A stretch of 64,000 bases of DNA, taken from assembly GCF_055900595.2 (NCBI RefSeq), contig NZ_CM148325.1, one strand, 5' to 3'. Under the pieces are notes generated by a model. It had not been told where the DNA came from. It saw nothing but the letters and a program-made list of their open reading frames with translations, and did not search any database. Within the stretch, counting starts at the first letter, position 1. Each line of letters begins with the position of its first letter. Position numbers and translations under genes: made by a program. Of the stretch, positions 1-12,149 are shown piece by piece.

Positions 1-149
1 AAATTCTTCAGCACGCCTTTGTTCATTTCGGTCGCCATCGCCACAAATGCCTGCTCGACGCCGTCGAGTTTATTTGCACGCGTGGAGATAGACATCAGCG
101 AGACAGAATCAAAATAGGTATTCGGTTTAATGACTATTTTAACTGACAT
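1..149 (-). CDS. yahF: YahF-like protein, N-terminal 49 codons only (gene continues past window start)
   Basis: Minus-strand ATG at 147-149 with GGAGGG SD upstream; reads MSVKIVIKPNTYFDSVSLMS...; overlaps the yahE stop, consistent with the K-12 yahE-yahF operon order (recalled). Confidence 0.5.
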   Translation of the reverse strand, partial: MSVKIVIKPNTYFDSVSLMSISTRANKLDGVEQAFVAMATEMNKGVLKN

Positions 150-1002
150 AATTCCCTCCGTAGGTTTGGCTCAGCGCACAACCATCGGCCATGCCATACA
201 GCATGTCGCAGCCGGAACTGGAGCCAATATGTTTAATTTTTTCTATTGCCTGAGTTGCGTTCCCAGGTATGTCATAAATAATGTTATGAATAAAACGATG
301 AATATTTTCCCGGCAGCGTTGTTGTAATGCGGCTTCCAGCGTTATGGCACTTAATAACGTGGTATTATTTCTGCCGCGTTGCAGACCGAGATAAAATTCC
401 TCTTTGTATTTTTCCGCCGGATGCCCGGGAATAAATAAAATAAGCGCCAGACCTGTTAAATAATCGTCGGCTGATGGCGTAAGGCCAATCCCTAACCCCA
501 TCATACTGACGACCGCTGAGGCGATATTTTGTTTATCGTTTACTGCCTGAATAACTGCCCGTCGTTTAATATGTAATTCTTTATTTAACGCCTGATAAAA
601 CGGATTATCGCCACAATAATTAAACAGGGTTTCATTTTCCCCCAGGTGTTGATGAATAATGTCGTGCCACTGTTGCCAGGCGATAAGGTGAAAATTTTCA
701 GCGGTCATTTGCAAAGCGGGGGACAGCCAACGCTGGCAATGACTCATCTCTATATGAAGATGTTGACCAACCGTAATACCTTGATCATCAAACTGAACCT
801 TATCACCATGACGGAACAGACCATCAAAGTGAGTGAGTGCCAACCGACAACTGTTTGGCGCATTGTCGTACTCTTCACAAAGCAGTGTCAGCAACTGCTG
901 GCGAGCCGGGATTGCGATATTTACCGCTCTGGCAAAGACCTGTTCAACTTGTCCTTGCCCCCGCTGCGCCAGAAAATCAGCATCCGCAGTTAGCGCCCAC
1001 AC
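139..1002 (-). CDS. yahE: YahE-like conserved protein of unknown function
   Basis: 287-aa ORF; length and position next to the ankyrin-repeat yahD match K-12 yahE as recalled. Confidence 0.7.
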   Translation of the reverse strand: MWALTADADFLAQRGQGQVEQVFARAVNIAIPARQQLLTLLCEEYDNAPNSCRLALTHFDGLFRHGDKVQFDDQGITVGQHLHIEMSHCQRWLSPALQMTAENFHLIAWQQWHDIIHQHLGENETLFNYCGDNPFYQALNKELHIKRRAVIQAVNDKQNIASAVVSMMGLGIGLTPSADDYLTGLALILFIPGHPAEKYKEEFYLGLQRGRNNTTLLSAITLEAALQQRCRENIHRFIHNIIYDIPGNATQAIEKIKHIGSSSGCDMLYGMADGCALSQTYGGNYVS

Positions 1003-1041
1003 ACACCGTCTTTCTGGTGTGTTGATAGCAAACCTCCCGGT

Positions 1042-1647
1042 TTATGCGCCTGCGGCAATCAGCAACTGAGCAATCTCTTCAAAGCCCCGTTCCCGCGCCA
1101 GTTCCAGCGGCGTTTTGCCATATTTGTCGGTCAGATGCGGGCTGGCACCGTGCTCCAGCAATAACTGGACAATCGCCTGCTGTTTAATCCCGCCATCGTT
1201 AAGCACAATCGCTTCCAGTAGCGGCGTCCAGCCAACATGGTTGGTCTGGTTAACGTTAATATCCGTATGCGCCAAAAGCTCTTTTACAATACTTAAATGG
1301 CCTTTTTCACAGGCAGGCGTCAGGCCGACACCGCCGAAACGGGTTACACAATTAAGGTCTGGTTTAGCCGGTAAAATAATTCGTAGTAGCGTTAAATCAC
1401 CGTTCAGGCAACTCATTAAAAAAGGATTTAAACAGGTCTGGTCTTGTTTATTAATATCCGCACCGGCATCAATTAACGCCTGAACGCAAGCATATTGCTG
1501 ATATAAACTTGCCAGCGTAATTGCCGTTTTCCCCTGGCGATCGCAGGTATTTATATCTACCCCCAGAGCAAGGCAGGTTTTTACTTTATCGATATCACCC
1601 TGTTGTGCAGCCAATAAATAATCGGCAGGTAGATTTTTTATACTCAT
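1042..1647 (-). CDS. yahD: Ankyrin-repeat protein YahD
   Basis: ORF translation has repeated ankyrin motifs (GADIN, TPL..A, LLEHGA); likely start MSIKNLPADYLLAAQQGD gives 201 aa. Confidence 0.8.
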   Translation of the reverse strand: MSIKNLPADYLLAAQQGDIDKVKTCLALGVDINTCDRQGKTAITLASLYQQYACVQALIDAGADINKQDQTCLNPFLMSCLNGDLTLLRIILPAKPDLNCVTRFGGVGLTPACEKGHLSIVKELLAHTDINVNQTNHVGWTPLLEAIVLNDGGIKQQAIVQLLLEHGASPHLTDKYGKTPLELARERGFEEIAQLLIAAGA

Positions 1648-1904
1648 TAACATTCCCCTGTTTTTTGTGGCTGTTTTCGATGAATTGAGAATAGCAACGA
1701 TAATCTGATAAAAGAACCCGCTTAAATTTAATTCGCCGTATTTCGCCTTTTTGTTGAATGATGTTCAACAATCTTTTCGCAGTGTGCGGTAGTGCAATAT
1801 TTGTTTCTTTGACCCGATACCCTTTCACTCAATCAGGTTTTATTTCTCTATAGTCTGCACATGTAAGAGTAGCTTTCGTCCATGTCTAACCAGAGGGGAA
1901 CAAG

Positions 1905-2402
1905 ATGAACGGACTCACGGCAACGGGTATAACCGTCGGTATTTGTGCAGGGCTTTGGCAGTTAGTGTCTTCACATGTCGGGCTCTCTCAGGGATGGGAA
2001 TTATTAGGAACCATTGGCTTCGTCGCCTTTTGCAGTTTTTATGCCGCAGGCGGCGGTAAATCGGGGTTTATCAGAAGCCTGGCGGTTAATTATTCCGGGA
2101 TGGTGTGGGCGTTTTTCGCCGCGCTGGCTTCCGGTTGGCTGGCCTCGGTGAGTGGGCTTTCCGTGTTCTGGGCAAGCGTGATGACTACCGTGCCTTTCTC
2201 AGCTGTAGTGGTCTGGCAAGGGCGTTTCTGGTTACTGTCATTCATTCCCGGAGGCTTTCTCGGCATGACGCTGTTTTTTGCCAGCGGGATGAACTGGACG
2301 GTGACATTACTGGGTTTTCTGGCGGGTAACTGCGTGGGAATAATTTCAGAATATGGCGGACAAAAATTAAGCGAAGCGACGACTAAACGCGACGGGTATT
2401 AA
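1905..2402 (+). CDS. yahC: Inner-membrane protein YahC
   Basis: 165-aa ORF, strongly hydrophobic with several predicted TM helices; SD AGGGGAA upstream; position matches yahC. Confidence 0.75.
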   Translation: MNGLTATGITVGICAGLWQLVSSHVGLSQGWELLGTIGFVAFCSFYAAGGGKSGFIRSLAVNYSGMVWAFFAALASGWLASVSGLSVFWASVMTTVPFSAVVVWQGRFWLLSFIPGGFLGMTLFFASGMNWTVTLLGFLAGNCVGIISEYGGQKLSEATTKRDGY

Positions 2403-2493
2403 AAGTTATTCAAAAATGATTATCTATCTTTAACCGATACCTCTACAGTCATAGCTGGAGAAATTCATAGTAGATAATGGCGGGAATGGTTTA

Positions 2494-3426
2494 ATGAACT
2501 CAATTTTTACCGAAGAGAATCTGTTGGCATTTACTACCGCTGCGCGTTTTAGCAGCTTCAGTAAAGCGGCAGACGAGTTGGGTTTAACCACTTCCGCCAT
2601 TAGCTACACCATCAAGCGAATGGAAACAGGGCTGGATGTGGTGCTGTTCACTCGCAGTACCCGCAGCATTGAGTTAACGGAGTCCGGGCGTTATTTTTTC
2701 CGCAAAGCTACCGACCTGCTGAATGATTTTCACGCCATCAAACGCAGCATCGATACTATTTCGCAGGGCATAGAAGCGCGTGTGCGTATTTGTATTAATC
2801 AGCTGCTTTATACGCCCAAACACACCGCACGCTTATTACAGGTACTGAAAAAGCAATTTCCAACCTGCCAGATTACCGTCACCACCGAAGTGTATAATGG
2901 CGTCTGGGATGCGATTATTAATAATCAGGCGAATATCGCTATCGGCGCACCCGACACGCTGCTGGACGGCGGCGGCATTGATTACACGGAGATTGGCGCG
3001 ATTCGCTGGGCTTTTGCTATCGCCCCGGATCACCCGTTAGCCTTTGTGCCGGAACCCATCGCCGAAAGCCAACTGCGTCTCTATCCTAATATCATGGTGG
3101 AAGACACCGCGCATACGATTAATAAAAAAGTGGGCTGGTTGCTGCATGGGCAGGAGTCGATTCTGGTGCCAGATTTCAACACCAAATGTCAGTGCCAGAT
3201 TTTAGGCGAAGGAATTGGTTTTTTGCCGGATTACATGGTCCGTGAGGCGATGGCGCAATCCCTGCTGGTTACCCGACAAATCCATAATCCGCGCCAGGAT
3301 TCACGCATGTTACTGGCGACCCAGCACTCTGCCACCGGTCAGGTGACGCAGTGGATTAAAAAACAATTTTCGCCAAATGGCATATTAACGGGGATCTATC
3401 AGGATTTACTGCATCGGGAGAATTAA
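2494..3426 (+). CDS. yahB: LysR-family transcriptional regulator YahB
   Basis: 310 aa; N-terminal LysR HTH (FTTAARFSSFSKAADELGLTTSAISYTIKRME) plus substrate-binding domain. Confidence 0.85.
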   Translation: MNSIFTEENLLAFTTAARFSSFSKAADELGLTTSAISYTIKRMETGLDVVLFTRSTRSIELTESGRYFFRKATDLLNDFHAIKRSIDTISQGIEARVRICINQLLYTPKHTARLLQVLKKQFPTCQITVTTEVYNGVWDAIINNQANIAIGAPDTLLDGGGIDYTEIGAIRWAFAIAPDHPLAFVPEPIAESQLRLYPNIMVEDTAHTINKKVGWLLHGQESILVPDFNTKCQCQILGEGIGFLPDYMVREAMAQSLLVTRQIHNPRQDSRMLLATQHSATGQVTQWIKKQFSPNGILTGIYQDLLHREN

Positions 3427-3467
3427 TCGCTGCCAACCTCCCGATGCGCTGTGAATAGCGGTTTACA

Positions 3468-4556
3468 TCAACCACCTGCTTTCATTACCCATTCAGAGAT
3501 AAATTTATTACCCGGTACCGGCGGAGAGTACAAATAGCCCTGCAAAAAGTGTACGCCTTTACCAATCATTAAATCCGCCTGTTCCTGAGTTTCTACCCCT
3601 TCCGCCACAATACTCAGACCAGGCTTACGCGCCAGTTCGACAATATTGTCCACAATATGACCGGAGATTTCGTCAACACTCGCCATTTGCACAAACGACT
3701 TGTCAATTTTAATAAAATCGACCGGAAACGCCTGCAGATAACGATAGGTCGCATAACCCGTACCAAAGTCATCCAGCGCAAAGGTAATGTTGTGCTGATG
3801 AAGGCTGTCAAATATCGCTCTGGCTTCTGGCGTTACCGGAATGGGGTTGCGTTCCGTTAGCTCAAGAACCAGCTTGATTTTATCGTTACCTAATTTCTTG
3901 ACCAGGTTCAGACACTCTTTTTCAAATCCTGCGGCCAAAAAACATCCTGCCGAGACGTTGATTCCAATATGGAAATTATCCGGCAGCAAATGTTTTACTG
4001 GCATCAGAATATCCGCAGTCTGTTTCATCAGCTGGCGAGTCATTATGACAATAAGACCGGATGACTCCGCCAGAGGAATAAACTGATCCGGTGGGATAAT
4101 TCCCGTTTGCGGATGTTCCCAGCGGACAAGCACTTCACAGCCCGTCAGTACCCCAGTCTGCGCGCAGAAAACCGGTTGGATCCACGGTTTGAATTCGTGA
4201 TTTTCCAACGCCAGACTGATGGCTTCAGGCGTGACGATATGGTGATAGTGATTATCATTAATATATTTGTGACTATTATTACCCGTGGCGGATATGATCT
4301 CCGGATTGTACTGAAAGAAAATATCCCGCCAGAAAGTAATATCGCTCTGAATCCCCAGTTTCTCAAAGAGCTGTTTCTTTTGATGTGAAATGGTCTTTGC
4401 ACTGCGATTTCTGTACTGTGATATTTCTGTTACAGACATTCCCTGCATCAGCAGCTTGAGTAGCAGTCGTTCTTTCTCGGATACGCTACCAGGCAATGAC
4501 AAATGAACCGTTGTACCGAACTCTTGCAGAAAAACACGAAAATCACATGAATTCAT
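3468..4556 (-). CDS. pdeL: c-di-GMP phosphodiesterase PdeL (LuxR-type HTH + EAL domain)
   Basis: N-terminal LuxR-type HTH (LLKLLMQGMSVTEISQYRNRSAKTISHQKK) and C-terminal EAL domain; start taken at MNSCDFRVFLQEF (362 aa). Confidence 0.85.
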   Translation of the reverse strand: MNSCDFRVFLQEFGTTVHLSLPGSVSEKERLLLKLLMQGMSVTEISQYRNRSAKTISHQKKQLFEKLGIQSDITFWRDIFFQYNPEIISATGNNSHKYINDNHYHHIVTPEAISLALENHEFKPWIQPVFCAQTGVLTGCEVLVRWEHPQTGIIPPDQFIPLAESSGLIVIMTRQLMKQTADILMPVKHLLPDNFHIGINVSAGCFLAAGFEKECLNLVKKLGNDKIKLVLELTERNPIPVTPEARAIFDSLHQHNITFALDDFGTGYATYRYLQAFPVDFIKIDKSFVQMASVDEISGHIVDNIVELARKPGLSIVAEGVETQEQADLMIGKGVHFLQGYLYSPPVPGNKFISEWVMKAGG

Positions 4557-5431
4557 GAACACACCTTTTATCTTTTATCGCTGTTCAGTATGAGTGATTA
4601 CCTGTGGATTCCTGAGCACACATAAGGGGTAACCATAAACATTAGCGATGCCATACGTATAACATCCCACATCACTATCAAGAAGATTATCTTTACCTCT
4701 GATGCTCGCTCAAAAACAGTTACGCTAAATACCTTAAAAAGGTAATCACAAGTCAAACTCAGGAGATAATCACGCAAGAATGCAATATTAAAATTCAGAT
4801 ACTCATTTTTGGTAATAAAGAAGTAGTTGGACTATTTCGATATTTATAATTTCCCACTACGTATTGACGCCCATTCATGAGTAAAGGCGCATTATATGAA
4901 TTTAACAATCCAGATCAACTGAAAATACCTCAACCTCATAAACACATAGCGTCAACATTCAATGACATAATGAGTAAAGATGTTGGTTATGCATACACGT
5001 CATTACTCTATGCCAATCCCTTAACAACCTGCTTTTTAAGACTGAATCCATTCAGCAATAGATAGCCAACATTATAACAATGACAATAAAAACAATATTT
5101 AAAACAATCAATAAAATATCAGACACAAACAATTAAACCTTAAACAACAAACAGTTACATTGATTTTAGTTGATTTGCGCTATGCGTTCCCCATGAATAA
5201 AGCGTCATTTCAAATTAGCACCAATATTTACATTAAATAAGACTAAGCTTATTGAACATTCACAACAGTCCAAACGTAGTGTTTGGGCTTCAATAGTTCT
5301 TTTCTTTTTTATTATCTGTTGCCTGGCAATCATCAATCGATACTAAGGGCTTAACTGTACAGATATAACGTATCAAGAGGTAAGAGAAACCGCGCCATAT
5401 GCAGACATGGCGCGGTTTTATGCAATAACAA

Positions 5432-7465
5432 TCACGCGTCCGGGAACATCACGCTATGGCCCGGCGCTTCACGATGGAGATGGATAAAGTTAAGGTGCCG
5501 CTCGTACTGGTCGAGAATATCGGTGATCACCTGCTCTTTGCTGTAGTCCATCAGGTCGTTACCCTGGCTGCCTTCTAACAGGAAGGTTTCCAGCCGGTAG
5601 TAGGTCGATTTACCGCTACGTGCGCGGTAGGTAAAGCCCGGCACCGAATATTGCTGCGGCCAAATCTGATAGACAAAGTTTTGCTCTTCGCCCATATGCA
5701 CCAGCAAATCCAGATGCCCCAGATGTTCGCCCTCTTCCGGCGGCAGGCTTTTTAGCTCGACGTACGCACCGCGCAACCGCAGTTCCTGCGCCACTTCTTC
5801 CATTGCCGGATAACAGACGGTTTCCATCATCTGTTTGGTGTAACGCGTGCCCGGATAATTCATCAGGCGCGAGAGACGTTTTTTCCAGCTCAGGCGATCC
5901 TGAAGCCCCAGCGGTCGCGGTGCGGTATCACGGTTGGCACTTTCACGGCGGTAATCTTCTACCTTCAGAGATTTATACAATCCCGCCATCACGAAGAAAA
6001 TCACAAAGCTGAACGGCAGCCCCATGATTACCGTGGTGTTTTGCAGCGCGGATATCCCGTTGGTCATTAACATACCGAGCGTCAGCAGACCAATGGCAAC
6101 CGACCAGAAGACACGCAGCCAGCCCGGCGCGTCGCTGTTGATATCTTTAAGCTGCGAGGTGAAATTCCCCAGCACCAGCGCGCCGGAGTCCGCCGAGGTC
6201 ACATAAAACAGCAGGCCAGTAATGGTGGCCACGGAGGCGCTAAAGGTAAATGCCGGATACTGCGCCAGCAGGCTGTAGAAGCCGCGCTCCGGATGGACCA
6301 TCGCTTCCTCGGCAAATGCCGCGCCGCCGTGGATGATTTCATACAGCGCGCTATTGCCGAATACCGAGAGCCATAACAGCGTGAAGGTAAACGGAATAAT
6401 CAACGTCCCCAGTACGAACTGGCGAATGGTGCGCCCACGCGAGATACGCGCCAGGAACAGGCCAACAAACGGCGACCAGGCTACCCACCATGCCCAGAAA
6501 AAGAGCGTCCAGTTATTCATCCACTCAACCGGGCGGTCAAAGGCGAAACTGTTGAGCGTCATGCCCATAAAGCGATTCACATAGTCGCCGACGTTCAGCA
6601 CCAGCGCATTGAGCAGGAACGAGGTGTCGCCCATAAACAGCACGAACAGAATCAGCCCCAGCGCCAGTGCGACGTTGAGTTCAGACAATACGCGAATGCC
6701 TTTGTCGACACCAGATGTCACCGAGATAGTCGCGATGATTACCGACAGCGCGATCAGCACCGCTTTCGCCGCCATTGAATCCGGGATATCAAACAGTACG
6801 CTCAGGCCATAGTTAAGCTGCACCACGCCAATGCCGAGCGTGGTGGCAATCCCGAAGATGGTGCCGATCACCGCTGCAATATCCACCGAGTGACCAATCG
6901 GCCCGTTAATCCGTTTACCGAAAATCGGATACAGCGCCGAGCGGATGGTGAGCGGCAAATTATAACGATAGCTGAAGTATCCGAGCGCCATGCCCATCAG
7001 CGCATACATCGACCAGCCCGTTAAGCCGTAGTGAAACAGCGTCCAGACCATCGCCTGACGCGCGGCCTCAATCGTCTGACCCGCGCCTTCCGGCGGCTGC
7101 ATATACTGCGTTACCGGTTCGGCTACGGAGAAGAACATCAGGTCGATACCGATCCCGGCGGCAAACAGCATCGCCGCCCAGCTCAGCAGGCTGAACTCAG
7201 GCTTAGACTGCTCGGGCCCGAGTTTCACCGAACCAAAGCGCGAACAGGCAATGCAGACCACAAAGACAATATAGAGCGTTGCCGCTAACAGATAGTACCA
7301 ACCAAAAGTTTTAGAAACCCAGTCCAGCGTGCGGCCAATCCACAGAGCCGAGAAGTCGCGAAACAGGATCGTTGTCAGGGAAAACAACAAAATCAGTCCG
7401 GCGGAAGTATAAAACACCACCGGATTGATTTTGTCCTTTTCCCTGCTGTGCGAAAGGTCTGTCAT
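5432..7465 (-). CDS. betT: High-affinity choline transporter BetT (BCCT family)
   Basis: 677 aa; polytopic membrane protein with a BCCT-like tryptophan-rich core and hydrophilic C-terminal tail; divergent from betI. Confidence 0.9.
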   Translation of the reverse strand: MTDLSHSREKDKINPVVFYTSAGLILLFSLTTILFRDFSALWIGRTLDWVSKTFGWYYLLAATLYIVFVVCIACSRFGSVKLGPEQSKPEFSLLSWAAMLFAAGIGIDLMFFSVAEPVTQYMQPPEGAGQTIEAARQAMVWTLFHYGLTGWSMYALMGMALGYFSYRYNLPLTIRSALYPIFGKRINGPIGHSVDIAAVIGTIFGIATTLGIGVVQLNYGLSVLFDIPDSMAAKAVLIALSVIIATISVTSGVDKGIRVLSELNVALALGLILFVLFMGDTSFLLNALVLNVGDYVNRFMGMTLNSFAFDRPVEWMNNWTLFFWAWWVAWSPFVGLFLARISRGRTIRQFVLGTLIIPFTFTLLWLSVFGNSALYEIIHGGAAFAEEAMVHPERGFYSLLAQYPAFTFSASVATITGLLFYVTSADSGALVLGNFTSQLKDINSDAPGWLRVFWSVAIGLLTLGMLMTNGISALQNTTVIMGLPFSFVIFFVMAGLYKSLKVEDYRRESANRDTAPRPLGLQDRLSWKKRLSRLMNYPGTRYTKQMMETVCYPAMEEVAQELRLRGAYVELKSLPPEEGEHLGHLDLLVHMGEEQNFVYQIWPQQYSVPGFTYRARSGKSTYYRLETFLLEGSQGNDLMDYSKEQVITDILDQYERHLNFIHLHREAPGHSVMFPDA

Positions 7466-7593
7466 CCAGTATCCCCACTGTTATTGTTACCATTTAAAAT
7501 CAAATTAGTAACAATTAAGACACATTTTATATTGAACGTCCAATCAATAACGGCTTTAATAGATTAACAACGCTGATGAATGGAGTGGCAAAA

Positions 7594-8181
7594 ATGCCCA
7601 AATTGGGGATGCAGTCGATCCGGCGCAGACAACTGATCGACGCCACGCTGGAAGCAATAAATGAAGTAGGTATGCACGATGCGACGATCGCGCAGATCGC
7701 CCGCCGGGCGGGCGTTTCCACCGGGATCATTAGCCACTATTTCAAAGATAAAAATGGTCTGCTGGAAGCAACCATGCGTGATATCACCAGCCAGCTGCGT
7801 GACGCGGTCTTGAACCGCTTACACGCGCTACCGGATGGCAGCCCTGAGCAGCGATTACAGGCGATTGTTGACGGAAATTTCGATGAGACTCAGGTCAGTA
7901 ATGCTGCGATGAAAGCCTGGCTGGCGTTTTGGGCCAGCAGTATGCATCAGCCGATGCTTTACCGTTTGCAGCAGGTGAGCAGCCGCCGCTTGTTGTCGAA
8001 TCTGGTGAGCGAATTTCACCGCGAGTTACCGCGCCAACAGGCGCAGGAAGCGGGCTACGGACTTGCCGCGCTGATTGACGGATTATGGCTGCGCGCGGCA
8101 CTGAGCGGCAAACCGCTGGATAAACCTCTCGCACACTCGCTTACCCGTCACTTTATTACTCAGCATTTACCCACCGATTAA
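7594..8181 (+). CDS. betI: TetR-family repressor BetI
   Basis: Start [26 protein letters not shown]...; TetR HTH; immediately upstream of betB. Confidence 0.9.
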   Translation: MPKLGMQSIRRRQLIDATLEAINEVGMHDATIAQIARRAGVSTGIISHYFKDKNGLLEATMRDITSQLRDAVLNRLHALPDGSPEQRLQAIVDGNFDETQVSNAAMKAWLAFWASSMHQPMLYRLQQVSSRRLLSNLVSEFHRELPRQQAQEAGYGLAALIDGLWLRAALSGKPLDKPLAHSLTRHFITQHLPTD

Positions 8182-8194
8182 CCGAGGAGACGTG

Positions 8195-9667
8195 ATGTCC
8201 CGAATGGCAGAACAGCAGCTTTATATACATGGTGGTTATACCTCCGCCACCAGCGGTCGCACCTTCGAGACCATTAACCCGGCCAACGGTAACGTGCTGG
8301 CGACCGTGCAGGCCGCCGGGCGTGAGGATGTCGATCGCGCCGTGAAGAGTGCCCAACAAGGGCAAAAAATCTGGGCGGCGATGACCGCCATGGAACGCTC
8401 GCGCATTCTGCGTCGAGCCGTTGATATTCTGCGCGAATGCAATGACGAACTCGCTAAACTGGAAACCCTCGACACCGGGAAGGCGTATTCAGAAACCTCA
8501 ACCGTCGATATCGTTACCGGCGCGGACGTACTGGAGTACTACGCCGGGCTGATCCCGGCGCTGGAAGGCAGCCAGATCCCGCTACGCGAAACGTCGTTTG
8601 TTTATACCCGCCGTGAACCGCTGGGCGTGGTCGCAGGAATTGGCGCATGGAACTACCCGATTCAGATTGCTTTGTGGAAATCCGCTCCGGCACTGGCCGC
8701 AGGCAACGCGATGATATTCAAACCGAGCGAAGTTACCCCGCTTACCGCGTTAAAGCTGGCTGAAATCTACAGCGAAGCGGGCCTGCCGGACGGCGTATTT
8801 AACGTGCTGCCGGGCGTAGGTGCGGAAACCGGGCAGTATCTGACCGAGCATCCGGGCATTGCCAAAGTGTCATTTACCGGCGGTGTCGCCAGCGGCAAAA
8901 AAGTGATGGCTAACTCGGCGGCTTCCTCCCTGAAAGAAGCGACCATGGAGCTGGGCGGTAAATCACCGCTGATCGTTTTCGACGATGCGGATCTCGATCT
9001 CGCCGCTGATATCGCCATGATGGCGAACTTCTTCAGCTCCGGCCAAGTGTGTACCAACGGCACCCGCGTCTTCGTTCCGGCGAAATGCAAAGCCGCATTT
9101 GAACAAAAGATTCTGGCGCGCGTTGAACGCATTCGCGCGGGCGACGTTTTCGATCCGCAAACCAACTTTGGCCCGCTGGTCAGCTTCCCGCATCGCGATA
9201 ACGTGCTGCGCTATATCGCCAAAGGTAAAGAGGAAGGTGCACGCGTGCTCTGCGGCGGCGATGTGCTGAAGGGTGATGGCTTCGATAACGGCGCATGGGT
9301 TGCTCCGACCGTATTCACCGATTGCCGCGACGAAATGACTATCGTGCGCGAAGAGATCTTCGGCCCAGTGATGTCGCTCCTCACGTATGAGTCTGAAGAC
9401 GAAGTGATTCGCCGCGCCAATGATACCGACTACGGTCTGGCGGCGGGTATCGTCACGGCGGATCTGAACCGCGCGCATCGCGTCATTCATCAGCTGGAAG
9501 CCGGCATTTGCTGGATCAACACCTGGGGAGAATCCCCGGCGGAGATGCCCGTTGGCGGTTACAAACACTCCGGCATTGGCCGCGAGAACGGCGTGATGAC
9601 GCTCCAGAGTTATACCCAAGTGAAGTCCATCCAGGTTGAGATGGCTAAATTCCAGTCCATATTCTAA
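8195..9667 (+). CDS. betB: Betaine-aldehyde dehydrogenase BetB
   Basis: 490 aa; ALDH family with catalytic Cys region ([12 protein letters not shown]) and ELGGKSP motif. Confidence 0.9.
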   Translation: MSRMAEQQLYIHGGYTSATSGRTFETINPANGNVLATVQAAGREDVDRAVKSAQQGQKIWAAMTAMERSRILRRAVDILRECNDELAKLETLDTGKAYSETSTVDIVTGADVLEYYAGLIPALEGSQIPLRETSFVYTRREPLGVVAGIGAWNYPIQIALWKSAPALAAGNAMIFKPSEVTPLTALKLAEIYSEAGLPDGVFNVLPGVGAETGQYLTEHPGIAKVSFTGGVASGKKVMANSAASSLKEATMELGGKSPLIVFDDADLDLAADIAMMANFFSSGQVCTNGTRVFVPAKCKAAFEQKILARVERIRAGDVFDPQTNFGPLVSFPHRDNVLRYIAKGKEEGARVLCGGDVLKGDGFDNGAWVAPTVFTDCRDEMTIVREEIFGPVMSLLTYESEDEVIRRANDTDYGLAAGIVTADLNRAHRVIHQLEAGICWINTWGESPAEMPVGGYKHSGIGRENGVMTLQSYTQVKSIQVEMAKFQSIF

Positions 9668-9680
9668 CCAGGAGGTTTAT

Positions 9681-11369
9681 TTGCAATTTGACTACATCAT
9701 TATTGGCGCCGGCTCTGCCGGCAACGTCCTCGCGACACGTCTGACTGAAGATCCGAACACTACCGTGCTGCTGCTTGAAGCGGGCGGCCCGGACTATCGC
9801 TTTGACTTCCGTACCCAAATGCCCGCTGCGCTGGCGTTCCCGCTACAGGGTAAACGCTATAACTGGGCGTATGAGACCGAGCCGGAACCGTTTATGAACC
9901 ACCGCCGCATGGAGTGCGGACGCGGTAAGGGGCTTGGTGGATCATCACTGATCAACGGCATGTGTTACATCCGTGGTAACGCGCTGGATCTCGATAACTG
10001 GGCGAAAGAACCCGGTCTGGAGAACTGGAGCTACCTCGACTGCCTGCCCTACTACCGCAAGGCCGAGACGCGCGATGTGGGCGAGAACGACTACCACGGC
10101 GGTGATGGCCCGGTAAGCGTGACCACCTCAAAACCGGGTGTCAATCCGCTGTTTGAAGCAATGATTGAGGCGGGCGTGCAGGCCGGTTATCCGCGCACGG
10201 ACGACCTTAACGGGTATCAGCAGGAAGGTTTCGGCCCGATGGACCGCACCGTCACGCCACAGGGCCGTCGCGCCAGCACCGCGAGGGGTTATCTCGATCA
10301 GGCCAAATCGCGCCCGAACCTGACGATTCGTACTCACGCTATGACCGATCACATCATTTTTGACGGCAAACGCGCGGTGGGCGTCGAGTGGCTGGAAGGC
10401 GACAGCACCATTCCGACCCGCGCGGCGGCGAATAAAGAAGTGCTGTTATGTGCAGGCGCGATTGCCTCACCACAAATCCTGCAACGCTCCGGCGTCGGCA
10501 ACGCTGAACTGCTGGCGGAGTTTGATATTCCGCTGGTGCATGATTTGCCCGGCGTGGGCGAAAATCTTCAGGATCATCTGGAGATGTACCTGCAATACGA
10601 GTGCAAAGAACCGGTTTCCCTCTACCCTGCCCTGCAGTGGTGGAATCAGCCGAAAATCGGTGCGGAGTGGCTGTTTGGCGGCACCGGCGTGGGTGCCAGC
10701 AACCACTTTGAAGCAGGCGGATTTATTCGCAGCCGTGAGGAATTTGCGTGGCCGAATATTCAGTACCATTTCCTGCCAGTGGCGATTAACTATAACGGCT
10801 CGAACGCAGTGAAAGAGCACGGCTTCCAGTGCCATGTCGGATCGATGCGCTCGCCAAGCCGTGGGCATGTGCGGATTAAATCCCGCGACCCGCACCAGCA
10901 TCCGGCGATTCTGTTTAACTACATGTCGCACGAACAGGACTGGCAGGAGTTCCGCGACGCGATTCGCATCACCCGCGAGATCATGCATCAACCGGCGCTG
11001 GATCAATACCGTGGCCGCGAAATCAGCCCCGGCGCGGAATGCCAGACAGATGAGCAGCTCGATGAGTTCGTGCGTAATCACGCCGAAACCGCCTTCCACC
11101 CATGCGGTACGTGCAAAATGGGGTACGACGAGATGTCCGTTGTGGATGGCGAAGGCCGCGTGCACGGGCTGGAAGGATTACGCGTAGTCGATGCGTCAAT
11201 TATGCCGCAGATTATCACCGGCAATCTGAACGCCACGACCATTATGATTGGTGAGAAAATGGCGGATATGATTCGCGGACGAGAAGCGTTGCCGAAGAGT
11301 CTGGCGGCGTATTTTGTGGCGAATGGGATGCCAGTAAGAGCGAAAAAACTGAATCGCGATTTGAACTAA
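9681..11369 (+). CDS. betA: Choline dehydrogenase BetA (GMC oxidoreductase); apparent TTG start
   Basis: GMC flavoprotein with N-terminal FAD fold ([18 protein letters not shown]); AGGAGG SD at 9670-9675 then TTG at 9681 encoding (M)QFDYIII. Confidence 0.85.
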   Translation: MQFDYIIIGAGSAGNVLATRLTEDPNTTVLLLEAGGPDYRFDFRTQMPAALAFPLQGKRYNWAYETEPEPFMNHRRMECGRGKGLGGSSLINGMCYIRGNALDLDNWAKEPGLENWSYLDCLPYYRKAETRDVGENDYHGGDGPVSVTTSKPGVNPLFEAMIEAGVQAGYPRTDDLNGYQQEGFGPMDRTVTPQGRRASTARGYLDQAKSRPNLTIRTHAMTDHIIFDGKRAVGVEWLEGDSTIPTRAAANKEVLLCAGAIASPQILQRSGVGNAELLAEFDIPLVHDLPGVGENLQDHLEMYLQYECKEPVSLYPALQWWNQPKIGAEWLFGGTGVGASNHFEAGGFIRSREEFAWPNIQYHFLPVAINYNGSNAVKEHGFQCHVGSMRSPSRGHVRIKSRDPHQHPAILFNYMSHEQDWQEFRDAIRITREIMHQPALDQYRGREISPGAECQTDEQLDEFVRNHAETAFHPCGTCKMGYDEMSVVDGEGRVHGLEGLRVVDASIMPQIITGNLNATTIMIGEKMADMIRGREALPKSLAAYFVANGMPVRAKKLNRDLN

Positions 11370-11660
11370 CGCAGGAACTTATAAGCTTGAGAGTTACCGT
11401 TCTACGATAAGGACCGAATCCTTATATAAAAAACATAGGTAACACTCATGCTTCATATCCAGTATTCATGATGCTGGTTTTTTGCTGATGTTTTTACCAG
11501 AATATTCCTGATACAGACTATTAATTCAAGCTTATCTGCGACAGATTTCATTTTCTGGATATATTATGAGTGACAAATCAAACAGGATATCGATCTGATT
11601 GAAATTTTATTTTATCTGAAGAAAAAGATTCGTGTTATTCTGTTTATTATAGCTGTTTGT

Positions 11661-12076
11661 ATGACAATGGTGCTATTATTTCTGTACATCAATAAAGACA
11701 ATATAAAGCTGAGTTACAGCCTAAAAATAAACCACACAACATCAGGCATACTTGTAAGCTGTGATAGCAATAATAACTTTGCCTGTCAGACCACAATTAC
11801 TGAAGATGTTATTCAGCGAATTACGAGTTTTTTAGACCAGTACTAATGCTAAAAATTGCCTTGTCAAAAAAATGGTAGATGAATACCAACAAAACTCTGG
11901 GCAGTAATAAACAGCATTCTGATAGAGAGTGCCTGTATAAAGCTGAAGTGACAATGACCGGGAAGGGAGCCCGTCTTCAGGAATGGATTCCTGTCTTTTT
12001 CACTGTAAATATCCTGGCATTATTAATGTCAGGATATTTACAGAAGTGCAGCATAACCATGACGGAACGGGGTTAA
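11661..12076 (+). pseudogene. Possible degraded ykgH-like membrane-protein gene (short ORFs in three frames)
   Basis: AT-rich ~780 bp gap between betA and ykgG has only 61-70-aa ORFs in different frames, where K-12 (recalled) has ykgH. Speculative. Confidence 0.2.
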
Positions 12077-12149
12077 GTCAGGTTGTCCTTAACGCTATTC
12101 ACAACCTCGTATACCGCCTTCAGGTTTATGTCCAGACTTCATATCTCTC

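Noticed and set aside
4563-5431. Long AT-rich pdeL-betT intergenic region with a 62-aa ORF (4877-5065)
   Set aside because: No SD and low-complexity translation; most likely a regulatory region rather than a gene.
8236-11187. Minus-strand and off-frame ORFs of 69-232 aa overlapping betB and betA
   Set aside because: Embedded in or antisense to high-confidence genes; Arg/Ala-rich translations typical of GC-rich antisense frames.
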